In this document: one piece after another, positions 10,209 to 21,165 of the stretch | Layout: each line of letters begins with the position of its first letter | Numbering within the stretch: position 1 is the stretch's first letter | NCBI GenBank assembly: GCA_965240325.2 | Contig: OZ251229.1 | Span: forward strand, 1,426,001-1,490,000 | Length of the DNA stretch: 64,000 nucleotides | From: Rebecca billardiae RCC1528 | Lineage: Eukaryota > Protista > Haptophyta | Direction: 5' to 3' | Program-made: the position numbers and the translations under genes | The notes under the pieces: generated by a model | Database searches by the model: none | Seen by the model: only the letters and a program-made list of their open reading frames with translations | What the model was told of the DNA's origin: nothing

Positions 10209-11954
10209 ATGGGGGATGCCGCGCAACGCCCGGGCGTCGCGGACGGGGCGACGACAGAGCAGGCGGCGGCGGTGGCGCGTGCGCGCTTCACCTTCGCCGA
10301 GCTCTTCGCGGGCATCGGCGGCTTCCGCGTCGCGCTCGAGGCTTTGGGCGGCGCGTGCGTGTGGGAGTGCGAGAGGGACGAGGCGGCCAAGGCCACGTAC
10401 CGCGCAAACTTTGGGTGCACGCCGTACCACGACGTGCGGCGCGCGGAGGCGGCGAAGATCCCGGAGCACGACGTGCTCACCGCTGGCTTCCCCTGCCAGG
10501 ACTTCACGGGCATCGGCCTGCAGGCCGGGCTGGCGGGCGAGCGCGGCGCTCTCTTCTACGAGGTCGTGCGGATCGCGCGCGCAAAGCGGCCGCGCCTCGT
10601 GGTGCTGGAGAACGTGAAGGGGCTGGTCACGATGGACGAGGGGCGGACGATGGAGAGGGTCGTCGGCGCGCTCGAGGCCGAGGGCTACGCCGTCTCCTAC
10701 GGCCTCTGGGAGTCGTCGTGCGTGCTGCCGCAGTACCGCATGCGGGTGTACGCGCTCGCGTTCAGAGACGTGGCCGCGCGCGCGCGCTTCGGCCTGCCGC
10801 CGCCCGCGGCGCTGAGTCCGAGGCGCGGATTCGGCGGCGTGCAGGAGCGCGGCGACGACAACCCCTTCCTCGGCCCGTACCTCCTCAGCCGCGCGCAGTG
10901 GGCCCGCCTCGTCGACTCCAAGTCGGTGCGCAAGTACGGGCTCCACAGCTTCCTGCTCGAGCCCGCGTGCGTGGCGCACACGCTGCTGGCGAGCTACCGC
11001 ACCTCGCTCGGCAGCTTCGCGCAGTTCGTCGTGCTGAGCGGCGGCGAGCGCGGGCTGCCCAGCGCGGACGACGCGGCGCGCAAGCGCTACGCCGACGCCG
11101 AGGCCGCGGCGCTCGCGGCGGCCGACGCGGCCGCGGCGGCGCTGCCCACGGCTGAGGGCGCGCACGCGGGCGCAGCAGCCGAGCCGGCGCGCAGCGCGGC
11201 GCCCGCCGAGGCCGATGGGGCGGCAGGCGCCGCGGGCGCGCCGGGCCGGCCTCGCGGCGGCCGCCTCCGAGGCGCCGCCGCGCAGCGCGCCGGACGCGCC
11301 ATCCCCACCGAGCTCGGCCCGGAGGAGCAGGAGCTCGCCGAGGAGCTCGAGCAGCGTGCGCGCGCAGAGCATGCGGGCAAGGCTGCGGCCGGTGGCACGG
11401 CGGGCGGCGCAGCCGGCGGGGGCGGTGCGGGCGGCGCGGCTTCTGAGGAGAAGTTCCGGCCGCGCTGGATGACCCCGCGCGAGTGCGCGCGGCTGCAGGG
11501 CTTCCCCGAGGGCTTCGTCCTGCACCCGCAGGACCCGGCCGCCTACAGGCAGCTCGGCAACGCCGTGTGCCCGCCGGTGGTCGCACTGATCGCTGGGCTC
11601 GCGCTCGCGGCGGGCGAGGCCGAGCCAGCTGCCGCGCAGAGCGCGCGCACGCTCGCCGTCGGCTCGGCGCTCGCGCTGCTCGTGCTGGCGAGCCCGCGCG
11701 ACGAGCGTCGCGACGCGCTGCTTCGCAGCACATTCGCCCTCCCCGCGCGCGCCGCCAGCGCCGGCGGGGACGCGGACAGCAGCGGCGCCGTCAGCCCGAG
11801 GCCTGTGCGCGAGCTGATCGCGGCAGCGGCGGAGGAGGCCGAGCGTGCGTCGCCCCTGGCCGCGGCCGTGGTCGCGCGCGCGCTGGATGCGGGCGAGCTG
11901 CGCGCGCCGAGCACCGCGCTGCCGCCGTATTGCCGCCAGCGGGGTGGCGCGTGA
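10209..11954 (+). CDS. Bacterial Dcm-type C5-cytosine DNA methyltransferase, intronless
   Basis: Motif I FAELFAGIGGF, IV IPEHDVLTAGFPCQDF, VI LENVKGL, VIII LPQYRMRVY, TRD-like HTLLASY, IX RWMTPRECARLQGFP, X AYRQLGNAVCPPVV. Confidence 0.92.
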   Translation: MGDAAQRPGVADGATTEQAAAVARARFTFAELFAGIGGFRVALEALGGACVWECERDEAAKATYRANFGCTPYHDVRRAEAAKIPEHDVLTAGFPCQDFTGIGLQAGLAGERGALFYEVVRIARAKRPRLVVLENVKGLVTMDEGRTMERVVGALEAEGYAVSYGLWESSCVLPQYRMRVYALAFRDVAARARFGLPPPAALSPRRGFGGVQERGDDNPFLGPYLLSRAQWARLVDSKSVRKYGLHSFLLEPACVAHTLLASYRTSLGSFAQFVVLSGGERGLPSADDAARKRYADAEAAALAAADAAAAALPTAEGAHAGAAAEPARSAAPAEADGAAGAAGAPGRPRGGRLRGAAAQRAGRAIPTELGPEEQELAEELEQRARAEHAGKAAAGGTAGGAAGGGGAGGAASEEKFRPRWMTPRECARLQGFPEGFVLHPQDPAAYRQLGNAVCPPVVALIAGLALAAGEAEPAAAQSARTLAVGSALALLVLASPRDERRDALLRSTFALPARAASAGGDADSSGAVSPRPVRELIAAAAEEAERASPLAAAVVARALDAGELRAPSTALPPYCRQRGGA

Positions 11955-12531
11955 CCGAACGCGTCGAAGACCGAGCCCGCAGCAGCCTACTACTATGGAC
12001 GTGTCTCACGGACGGGTGACGGACTCGGGCTCCTACTGGCTACTGCCTGGCAATCGGAACTAATCGGTTATCGGAAGCGGGAACGCACTTCGACCGGCAT
12101 GCACACTCCAAGCTAGCTACTAGCTATTAGCAGTACACTTACAGCACCGCGTTAACACTTACTTTTTTACTAAGGCCTCTCACAGTCACTCTGAGTCTGG
12201 CAGGCTCACAGGCAGGCCTTGGCCCGCCAAGCCTTGGGGCCTTGGCGGCAAGCCTTGGGCAGACGATTGGGCTTGGGCAGGCCGTCAACGGAAGCCAGAG
12301 GCTCCCAGCGCTGCTGTGTCTATTGGACTCGCGGTGCCGAGTAAGCTAATGCTGCTACATACGTGTCTTTGAATGAAACGACGTGACCCGGTATCGTGAG
12401 TGTCTGCTAAGCTAGAGCTGCTAGAGTCTGCGACTGCCGCGCGACTGGGCCACTGGGCCTGGCGTGCCGACTGTAGTGCCGCGTGCCAAGTGCCCCATGC
12501 CGCCTGGCGGCCCTCAGCAGATGCGAACGCG

Positions 12532-12999
12532 TCAGGCTGCGTGTAGCAAGCTTAGCACAGCATCGTGCCCACCCTCTTGCGCCCGGTCCACGGCGCTCTG
12601 ACCCTCTGCGTTCCGCGCGCCCACATCCGCGCGCGCGTCGAGTAGCCTGCTCGCCACGCCCGCATGGCCGTGCTGCCCTGCACGCACCAGCGCCGTGTTG
12701 CCCTTGTTGTCGCGCGCCTCGAGGGGGCAGCCGCGCAAAATGAGTAGCGTGGCGATCTCGTCCAGCCCATTGCACGCGGCGATGTGCAGCGCCGTCGAGT
12801 CGTGGTGCGTCGTTGCAGCGACGTCGGCGCCCGCGTCGAGGAGGAGCTCCACGATCGCGCACGCATTCGCCTTGGTGGCGACGTGGAGGCACGTCCAGCG
12901 CGTCGTCTCGTCCGCCACGCGCACGGTCTCTGGCCGCGCTGCGAGCTCGGCGCGCACAGCCGAGGCGTCTCCAGCCTCGATGGCTGCGCGGAGCGCCAT
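12532..12999 (-). CDS. Small ankyrin-repeat protein
   Basis: TCLHVAT...LLLDAGADV, TALHIAACNG, GNTALVRAGQHGH...LLDARADV. Confidence 0.85.
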   Translation of the reverse strand: MALRAAIEAGDASAVRAELAARPETVRVADETTRWTCLHVATKANACAIVELLLDAGADVAATTHHDSTALHIAACNGLDEIATLLILRGCPLEARDNKGNTALVRAGQHGHAGVASRLLDARADVGARNAEGQSAVDRAQEGGHDAVLSLLHAA

Positions 13000-13174
13000 G
13001 GAGTTCGACGCAAGCACGCGGCGGGCGTGCGCCGGTCGCGGAGCGGACAGCTTCCTGACGCCCTGGAGAGTTGGAGAGTAGACGCACGGCGGGCGGGAGC
13101 CATCGTTCATTCATCGGCATTTCGGCTCACGAGCGATTCAAACTGGCCGTAACCTCCGGTCGCTCGGCAGCGCG

Positions 13175-16100
13175 ATGCAGGTCTTCTCGTGGGGCCGCGG
13201 CAAGGGCGGCGTGCTCGGCCACGGGGATTCGCGGGATGCGCCGGAGCCAAGGCCGATCACGGCGCTCTCGGGCGTGGTCGTCGTGCAGATCGCCTGTGCG
13301 CGCGCGCCCGCCGCGCGCGTGCGTCGCGCACATCGCGCGTGCGCGCGCGTGACGCTCGCGCGCCTGCCCCCATCGCGACTGTGCAGGTGGCGACGCGCAC
13401 TCGATGGCGCTGTCGCGCGAGGGCGGGGTGTACACGTGGGGGAACGGGCTGATGGGCGCGCTTGGCCACGGCACGCGCGAGAACGAGCTGGCGCCGCGCC
13501 TCGTCAGCGCGCTGTGGGAGCGGGGCCAGCGCGCGAGAGCAATCTGCGCGTGCGCGCACCTGAGCGGCGCGCTCGCCGACGAGGGCGGCGCCGTGTTCGC
13601 GTGGGGCTGGGACGGGTGCGAGGCGACGCCGTGCGACAAGACGCCTGTGCGCCAGCGTGCGCTCGACGGCGTGCGCGTCGTCCAGCTCGCCGCGGGCGCG
13701 CACCACTTTGCAGCCCTCGCCGCGGACGGCGGCGTGGCAAGCTGGGGCACGCGCCGCACGCTGCGGGCGGGCATGCTCGTCGAGTACGGTGCGCGCGGCG
13801 GCGCGGGGCGTGCGCGCGTGCACGCGGCGAGGCTCGGCTGACGCGTCCGTCGCTCCCCGCATCCACCCACGCGCGCGCCCGCCGCGCGCGCAGCCGTGCG
13901 TCAGCTCGCATGCGGCACGCACCACTGCGCAGCACTGTGCGCGGACGGCAGCGTCTACTCGTGGCGCACGACCGGCCCGGACACGGGCGTGGAGGGTAGC
14001 GGCGTGGCAGCGGCGGTGGGCTCGCGCGCGTGGCCGACGGGCTCCGCCGGCCCGCTGGACTCGCCCGTCGCGCACGTCGCGCTCGGCGGCGCTTCTGAGA
14101 TCGGCGCAGCGGGGGCGCTGGTCTTTGGCCTGAGGCGCGGCGGCGAGGTGGCCTGGGATTCGATGCTCGCGCCGGGCTCGGCGGGTGGCGCGGTGCGCGT
14201 CGGCGCGGGCGCGAGCGGGCTGAGTGGCTCGCCGTTCCACCCATTCGCCCTCGACCTCACGCGCGGCGCCGAGTGCGCCATCTCACTGCTGCCCGACGGA
14301 TCGGCCGGCCGCCACTCCGAATTTGCATGGCGCGCGGCCGAGCGGCTCACGCTGCCGCCGGGCGCGGCCGCGCCGATCGTGGCGTGCGCGACGGCGGAGC
14401 GGCACGCGCTGGCGCTGGTGGACGTGAGCGCGCTCGAGCGCGCGCAGCCGCCGCCTCTGCAGCCGCCCCTGCGGCCGCGCGCGCGCACCGCGCCGTACCA
14501 CGCCGAGGGTGCGCAGCACCACGGGCTCGGCGGCGGCCTCGGCAGCGCGAGCGGAGCAGGCGGCGCGCCGACGCACGCGCACGGACACGCGCACGCGCAC
14601 GCTCTTGGCGTCGGCGGCGGGGTCGAGCGCGCGCACGGGCCTGCCCCCGCAGCCTTTCCCCTCGGCGCGCCCCTGCCTCCTGCGCCCGCCGCCTTCCCCG
14701 CGCCGCCTCCGCCCGTCGCCTCGCTGAGCCCGACCCGCCTGGTGCCGGGCCTGGCGAGCGCGTGGCAGCAGCTCTCGGCGCACGACGGAGGGCCTCGCAC
14801 GCCGCCGCCATTCGTGCCGCCGCCGCCGGCTGCGCACGCGCAGGCGCAGGCGGGGCTCTGGCGCGGGCGCAGCGTCGCCGCGCCCGGCGTGCGCAGCCCT
14901 GACCTGCCGCGCTGGGGCGGCGCGGGTGCGCGGCGGGCGGGGCCGCACACACCGCAGCAGCAGCAGCAGTGGCAGCAGCAGCAGCAGCCCAGCCGTCACG
15001 CGACGCCGGCGCGCCCGCCCCGCCAGGTGCCGCCCGCGCCGCCCTCTCGGCCCGCCGCACCGGGCGACGGCGCGGCTGAGCTGCTTCGAGCCGCCGCCTC
15101 CGCCTCCCTCGCCACGCCGCCGCCGGCGCCGCCCGGCGCGGGCCCCGCGGCCACGGGCGACGGCGCGGCCGCCATCGAGCCGAGCGCGCTCGCGCACCAG
15201 CTGCGGGCCCTGCACTCGCGCTCCGACGCTCTGGAGAGCGCGCTGGCCGCGTCGGACACCGAGCGGCGCGCGGCGGAGGCACGGATCGCGGATGCGCTCG
15301 CGCACGCCTTCGAGCAGCCCGCACGCGCCGAGCAGTCGCCGCGCGCGCGCGCGCGCGAGGGCGGGGAGGGCGAGGGCGAAGAGCGCGCGGCGCGCGCCGC
15401 GCAGCAGCGGCAGCAGCGGCGGCAGCAGCAGCGCTGGGAGGACGAGGAGGAGGTGGAGTGGCAACGGCAGCGGCGTGCGCGGCAGGAGGGCGAGGACGAC
15501 GAGGAGCGCCTGCGCCGGCGGGAGGAGCAGCACCGCCGCCAGCAGCACGAGCAGCAGCCGCCGCAGCAGCAGCAGCAGCGCAGCCGAGCCGTGCTGCGCG
15601 CCGCGCTTGCGCGATGGGCGCGCGCGCGCGCGGCGCGCGGAGGCAGCGGCAGCAGCGCGCGAGCCGCGCCGCGCGCCGCCGCGGGCGCCGGAGGCGGCAG
15701 CAGCCCTCGCTCTGGCGGCGGCAGCCCGCGCTCGACGCGCCCGCGCGGCACGCCGCCGCCCTCGCCGGCTGTCCCTCGCGCCGCACCTCCTCCCGACCCC
15801 GCCGGCCCGGCCGCCTCCGCCGCCGCCCAGCAGGCGCTGAGCGCGCGCGTGGACGCGGACACGCGCGCGGCGGCGCATGCCGCGACCGCCGCGCGCCGCC
15901 GAGCGCTCGCGGCGCTACTCGAGAACGCGGCGGTCGCGGCGGTGCGCCGGGCGGCGCGCGGCTCGCCGCCACAGGCGGGCGCTCCCGAGACAACGCCCGG
16001 CCCGGGCGCTGCCGCCGCTGCCGCCGGCACTGGCGCCGCCGCCGAGCGCCACTGGCGCGCGCACGGCAGCGCGTGCGGCGCGGTGGGCACAGCCGCCGAG

Positions 16101-18743
16101 CGCGCCGCCCCTCGGCTGGATGACAGAGCGCTGCGCCGCTGGGGCGTGCACCCGCCGCCGCCGCCGCCACCGCCGCTGCCGCGCGGCGCGGGCGTTGGGG
16201 CTCGCGCCGCCCAGCGTGCGCCCAAGCCGCGCGCCTCCGCGCCGCCGCGCCGCTCTCCCGCCGCCGCGCTCGCCGCCTCGCCGCGCGCGCCGCGCGCTGT
16301 GTCGGCGAGCCCTCCGCTGAGTCCGCGCGCGGCTGCGGGCGCCGCGCCGCCGCGCGCGGGCGGCGGCGCGCGTGCCGGGGTGCGCGAGCGCGAAGTGAGC
16401 TTCGCACACGCGGCATCATCACTTGAGGTGCTCGTGGGCAAGGCGGGCGGCGACCCGCGCGCCGGCGGCCCGCGGCCTCGCCCTTCCTCGGCGCCCTCGG
16501 CGCGCGAGGAGATCGTACAGAGCACGCGCGGCCGCGCCCCGACGGGCGGCGCGTGGCGCGCCGAGCGCGCGCCCGCGTGGCGGCCGGCGGCGCAGCCCGC
16601 CGGCCCGCCCGCCGAGCTGTCGACGCGGCTGCAGGCGCTGGCGCAGCCGAGGAGCGTGCGCGCCAAGGCGTTCGTCACCTCCGCGCTGGAGCCCGGCCAG
16701 GGCGCGCGCGACCGCTCGGCCGCGGCATTGCTGGTGGCGGCGCGAGAGGCCGCAGCCGCGCGCGAGCTCGGAAGCTGCGCCGGCGCCGTTGGCGGCGGCG
16801 GCGGCGGCGGCACAGAGGCGCTTGCGGACGGGCGGCGCGGCGGCGCCGAGCTGGGCAGCGCCGAGGCGTTGGTCGCGCCGCGCTCGCCACGGGCGTACCC
16901 TGGCGGTACGTACCCTGGCGGGGGCACTGCCACACGCGCCGCGTCGCCACCGCGCCCGCAGCCTCCGCCCTCGCCGCCGCGCTCGCCACGGCCGCGCGCC
17001 GCAGCCGGCGGCAGACACGGCAGTGGATGCACCCGCGCCACCGCCACCGCCGCCACCTCACCTGCCCGGGGCTTGGCCAGTGCGGCGCGCGCCGAGCCGG
17101 GCGATGGGGCGCGCGGGGGCTCGCCGCAGCGCGCGCGCTCGCCCGCTCGTCGCGCACCGTCGCCCCCGCGCGGGCACGCGGCCGGCGCGGGCGCGGGCGC
17201 AGGCATGGCTCCGGCCGCGCCCGGAGCGGCTCGCGTGCACCGAGCGCCGCGCGTGCAGCCGCGGCCGGCAGGTGCGGGCGTGGGCGCGGGCGTGGGCACG
17301 CGCGAGAGCCGCGCGGCGGCGGTCGCGGCGGCGCGCACGCGCGCGGCCGTGCGCGAGCGCTCGGCCGCGCACGCTGGCGTGCCACCCCGGCCGCCGAGCC
17401 CAGACGAGCCACGCGCCCTCTCGCCCACCCCAGCCGCGATCGGCGGCGCGGGGCGGCCGCTCTCGGCGCCGCCGCACATCGCATGGCCGGCCGCGCCGGC
17501 CGGCGCGGGCGGTGCCGAGGTGCGGGCTCAGCCGGCCGGCGCCGCGACGCCGCCGAGCCACGGAGCGCCGTACCGCGGCCAGCACGGCGCGGGCGGCACG
17601 GCGTGGGATGTGTCGCCCCCGCGCTCGGCGCGGGGCCGGGCTGTGCCCGCCGCGGCACGGAGCGGCGGTGGCGGCACGGGAGCGCGCGTGCGCGCCGGCG
17701 GCGCCGTCGCTCGCAGGGCGCCCGGGGCGCGCGGCGCGGCCGGTACGGCGGAGGTGAGCGGTGTGGGCGCGCGCTCGCGGACGCCCACGCCGCCGCGCTC
17801 GCCGCTGCCGTCGCCGCCCGCGGCGCTCAGTCGCACTCGCTCGTTCACGCGCGCGCCGGCGGGTGGCGGCGCCGCGCCGCCCGCGCGTCGGCCGCTGCAG
17901 CCGCGCTCGGCGGCGTCCGCGCAGCAGCGCCAGCCACCCGCCGCGCCGCGCGCGGGCTCTGTGGCGTCCACACCGCGCCCGCCCGCGCCCGCCGCAGGCG
18001 GAGGCGGCACGGCGGGCGCGCCGGCCGGCTGGGCCGTGCTGTCCACATCGGGCGGCGCGCGCCGCGCCGCGCCGCCGCCGCCGCCCGCCGCCAGCGCGCG
18101 CACGCACACGCCGCCGGCCTCGCCCTCGCGGCCCGCGGGCGCGCGCCGCGCGGTCGCCGTCTACACGCGCGCCGTCGAGCGGTACTCGCGCGTGCTCGCC
18201 GCGGCGGTGCCGACGCTGACCTCGCCGGAGGAGGTGGGGCGTCGGCACGAGTCGCAGGACGCGGTCGAGACCGCGGCGGCGACGCTCGCCGCCGCGGACG
18301 AGGCGAGGCGCGCCTACGCTGCCGCGATCGGTGCGCTCGCCCAGGCGGGCGACACGGGCGCGGTCGCGTGCGCCAACGCCATCGACAGCGTCGAGGCGGG
18401 GGTCGGCGGCAGCGCGGGCGGCGCGTACGCGTCGCCCGCGCCCACCGCTCGGCTCGGCGGCGACGGCGCGGGATCGGCCGCCGCCGCCGCGCCGTCGACA
18501 GTCGGCGGCACGCTCGGCGCGGCGAGTGTTGCCAAGTTTGCGACCGCGCGCGGGGCGCACACGCCGGCGCCGTCCGCGGTGGGCGGCGAGGCTGGCGCCA
18601 GTGGCGCGCGCGACGAGTTCGACAGCGGCGGCGCGGCACCCCGGCGCTTCGGTAGCGCCGCCGCGAGCGAGCGCGGGAGGCGCAGCAGCAAGGACGTCTT
18701 CACGCACGTCGGCCAGGCCGCCGCCGACGGCGGCGACGACTGA
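13175..18743 (+). CDS. RCC1-repeat protein with a very long low-complexity (P/A/R/G/Q-rich) C-terminus; introns ~13296-13386 and ~13789-13893
   Basis: VFSWGRGKGGVLGHG, IACGDAHSMAL..GGVYTWGNG..GALGHG, LAAGAHHFAAL, LACGTHHCAAL..DGSVYSW across three ORFs joined by GTGCGC..CAG introns. Confidence 0.75.
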
Positions 18744-19469
18744 CTGGCGACCTTGATGGCGCGGCAGCCGCGGGCCCCGCGGTAAGTACTGCCCATCATC
18801 CGGCATCCGCATCCGCCATCCAGCTAGCACTCCTCGCCCACGCTGCGCCCCCACGGCCACGCAGACGCGGCTTGCTGCTGCCGCGTCGCGGTCCAGTCAC
18901 CAGTGGCAGTGGAGTCAGTGCATCGGGACAGAGTGGTATCTCAGTCTGGTGCCACTGGTGTCCACGTTGCACGTACATGCAGAGTCAGACTCAGTCTCAG
19001 ATGCGGTCCGAGCCGGCCTCCGCCGCCCAGGCACTACAGTAGAGTAGACAGTATAGTAAGCTAGTCTGCTACACGGTACTCAGTAGACTGAGACTAACCT
19101 AAGACTAAGTCTAACTCTAAGTAAGACGCGCGCTATATTATATCACCTCACGGCCTCACCGCAGTCACCGCTCACGGCTGCTGCTCGATCCGCAGAGGAG
19201 CACGCATATAATTCGTCTTCCGCCTCTTCGATCGATGCGACTTCGAGACTCCTCAGACGAGTTCTTGCCAATCTAGTCTTTATTTTAGTGAATCTTGGCG
19301 CGCGATTCTTGCGGTAGGACAGCGGTAGGTGCTAGCGGCCGCGCTCTATCGCTCCCGAACTTCGTCAACGACGACTCATCAATATATATCGAGCCGGGAC
19401 CGGGGACGAGCCCGGGCGCGTTGCTGTCATAGACATACATTTTGTCATAGACATACATTTAACGACGAC

Positions 19470-19725
19470 GTGGCATGCTAATAAACGGGCAGGCGTCTCT
19501 GAGTCGACCCGTCACACTCATCCATCCAAGTGCTCCGGAAGGCGCTCGGCCGCGGCAGCATCTGCCGTCGCCGCCGCGTCACTCTCACTGCCGCGTGCCC
19601 CAGGCCGAGGCCGGTGCTCCATCCCGGCCCCGCTCCCGTAGCGGGCGTAGGGGGGGCAGGGCTGCGGGTGGCGCACTGCCTGACCTGGTCCGCTGGTCGG
19701 AAGGCGCGGACGCGCATTCTTATGA
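19470..19725. repeat. Short interspersed repeat: retrotransposon-3'-end-like motif plus a ~200-bp segment inverted relative to the 39773 copy
   Basis: GTGGCATGC..AACGGGCAGGCGTC matches 35798 and 39773. 19520-19725 is the reverse complement of ~39823-39987. Confidence 0.7.
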
Positions 19726-19735
19726 TTAGAATATG

Positions 19736-19766
19736 CTACGAAAAAAGGACCGCGGAACGCGATCAT
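19736..19766 (+). mobile_element. Solo degenerate 3' terminus of the hairpin-terminated family
   Basis: CTACGAAAAAAGGACCGCGGAACGCGATCAT, one mismatch in the stem. Confidence 0.7.
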
Positions 19767-20418
19767 AGCCCAATACTAATCTGAGGCCGAACTACTAGCC
19801 GAGCACGGTGACTTCCAAAAGTCATATGGGATATGGCATGTCATCTATAGTCATGCTACCGGCTATCTCGTGACCCGGCTCGTCTCCGCGTGCGCCGATT
19901 GCAATACAATATAATATCATTATCAGCGCGCCGCGCGCCCCCCGACCGAGCACTGAGGACTGAGCCTCTCTGCCCGCCGATGGCGCTCGTGCGTAGTCAC
20001 GCCGTTGACGGTCGAGCTCGGACTCGGAGAGTCCGCTCGACGACGACGGCTGGCATTAGTGGCGACTTGGCGACTAGATAGACCGTAGATGTATCTAGTC
20101 TCTCGGCCACTACTGTACTCATGAGACTGATGCGGCCAGGCGCGGCCGCTGTGCCACCGGGCAGCCGTCGGTGCGGCCTGCGCGGCGCGGGGCTTGGCTC
20201 GTGACTTACGGTGACTAGCCGCGGCGTGGCGCCCGGCGCCCCGAGCGCCCGGTCGCCATGCAAAAATGATATGACGACGAAAAATCGTAGCTATCGCGCG
20301 TCGTCATCAATTTGGAAAATGACATTAATGGCGACCGCCGAAAAACCCAGCCGCCAGCAGGGCGGCGGCAACGGACACCCGCGTCGTCGCCGCTCCGTGG
20401 CAAGGAGGCCTGCTGCGC

Positions 20419-20925
20419 ATGGCCCTCGTCGCCGGCATCGGCGCGGGCCTCTTCGTCCTGATACTGTTTGGTGTCCTCTCGCTCGTCGGCTGCTACCTGG
20501 CTTCGCCTTCAAAGCGCGGACCGTGCGTTGCCGCGCGACTCGAGCGCACAGGCTGCGTCCGGCGCAGCAGAGTGAGGACATGGCCCCAACCTCGCACGCC
20601 GTGCGCAGGCTGATCATCACGGCGATTACGGTCGCATATGTGATCATGCTTATCGTCCTGCTCTTCAGCCCCAAGCAGAGCGAGGTGGGCGACGTACGAG
20701 TGGAGGTACTGTGCGTTGGGCGATGGAGAAGACAGACGCGCCCGCGGCCCACGTGGCTCACGCGTCCGCCGCCCCCCCCCCCCGCTGTGCGCGGCGCAGA
20801 CGACCGACCCGAGAATGGCAAATACGGTCATTCTCATGGTTGCGCTCGCGCTGACTGCCGTCGTCTCGATCGTCGCTGTGTGCACCAACTACCTCGCCAC
20901 GTCGATCACGGCAAAAGCCATTTGA
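20419..20925 (+). CDS. TMEM218: TMEM218-like three-TM ciliary transition-zone protein; introns 20523-20608 and 20685-20799
   Basis: Spliced product MALVAGIGAGLFVLILF...LIVLLFSPKQSE...YLATSITAKAI follows the TMEM218 pattern (GxGAGxF start, LLxxP after TM2, AKx end). Confidence 0.65.
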
Positions 20926-21165
20926 CTCCGCTTCGCGGCTTCGGACCGTGTCCGTGATCGACGCGCGCCCACGTCATCGTCATGGATCGCTCTGACATGC
21001 AGCGACGTCGAAGCTTCACTAATACATAGCAGCGCGCGACCCGTCTGACTCCTGCTGCTACGATGAATTGCCAGCACCGCGCGCCTTATAACTACTACTT
21101 ACTCTTTCAGTAGTAGCTGTATTATTAAGCCATTCTGCCATAGTTGACAATGTGTCGTCTGTGAT

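Noticed and set aside
10209-11954. Bacterial contamination or a restriction-modification operon
   Set aside because: Flanked within ~130 and ~580 bp by eukaryotic genes (one intron-containing); composition matches the host; no endonuclease partner.
12215-12280. Cluster of GCCTTGG/CCAAG words
   Set aside because: Short degenerate minisatellite with no supporting context.
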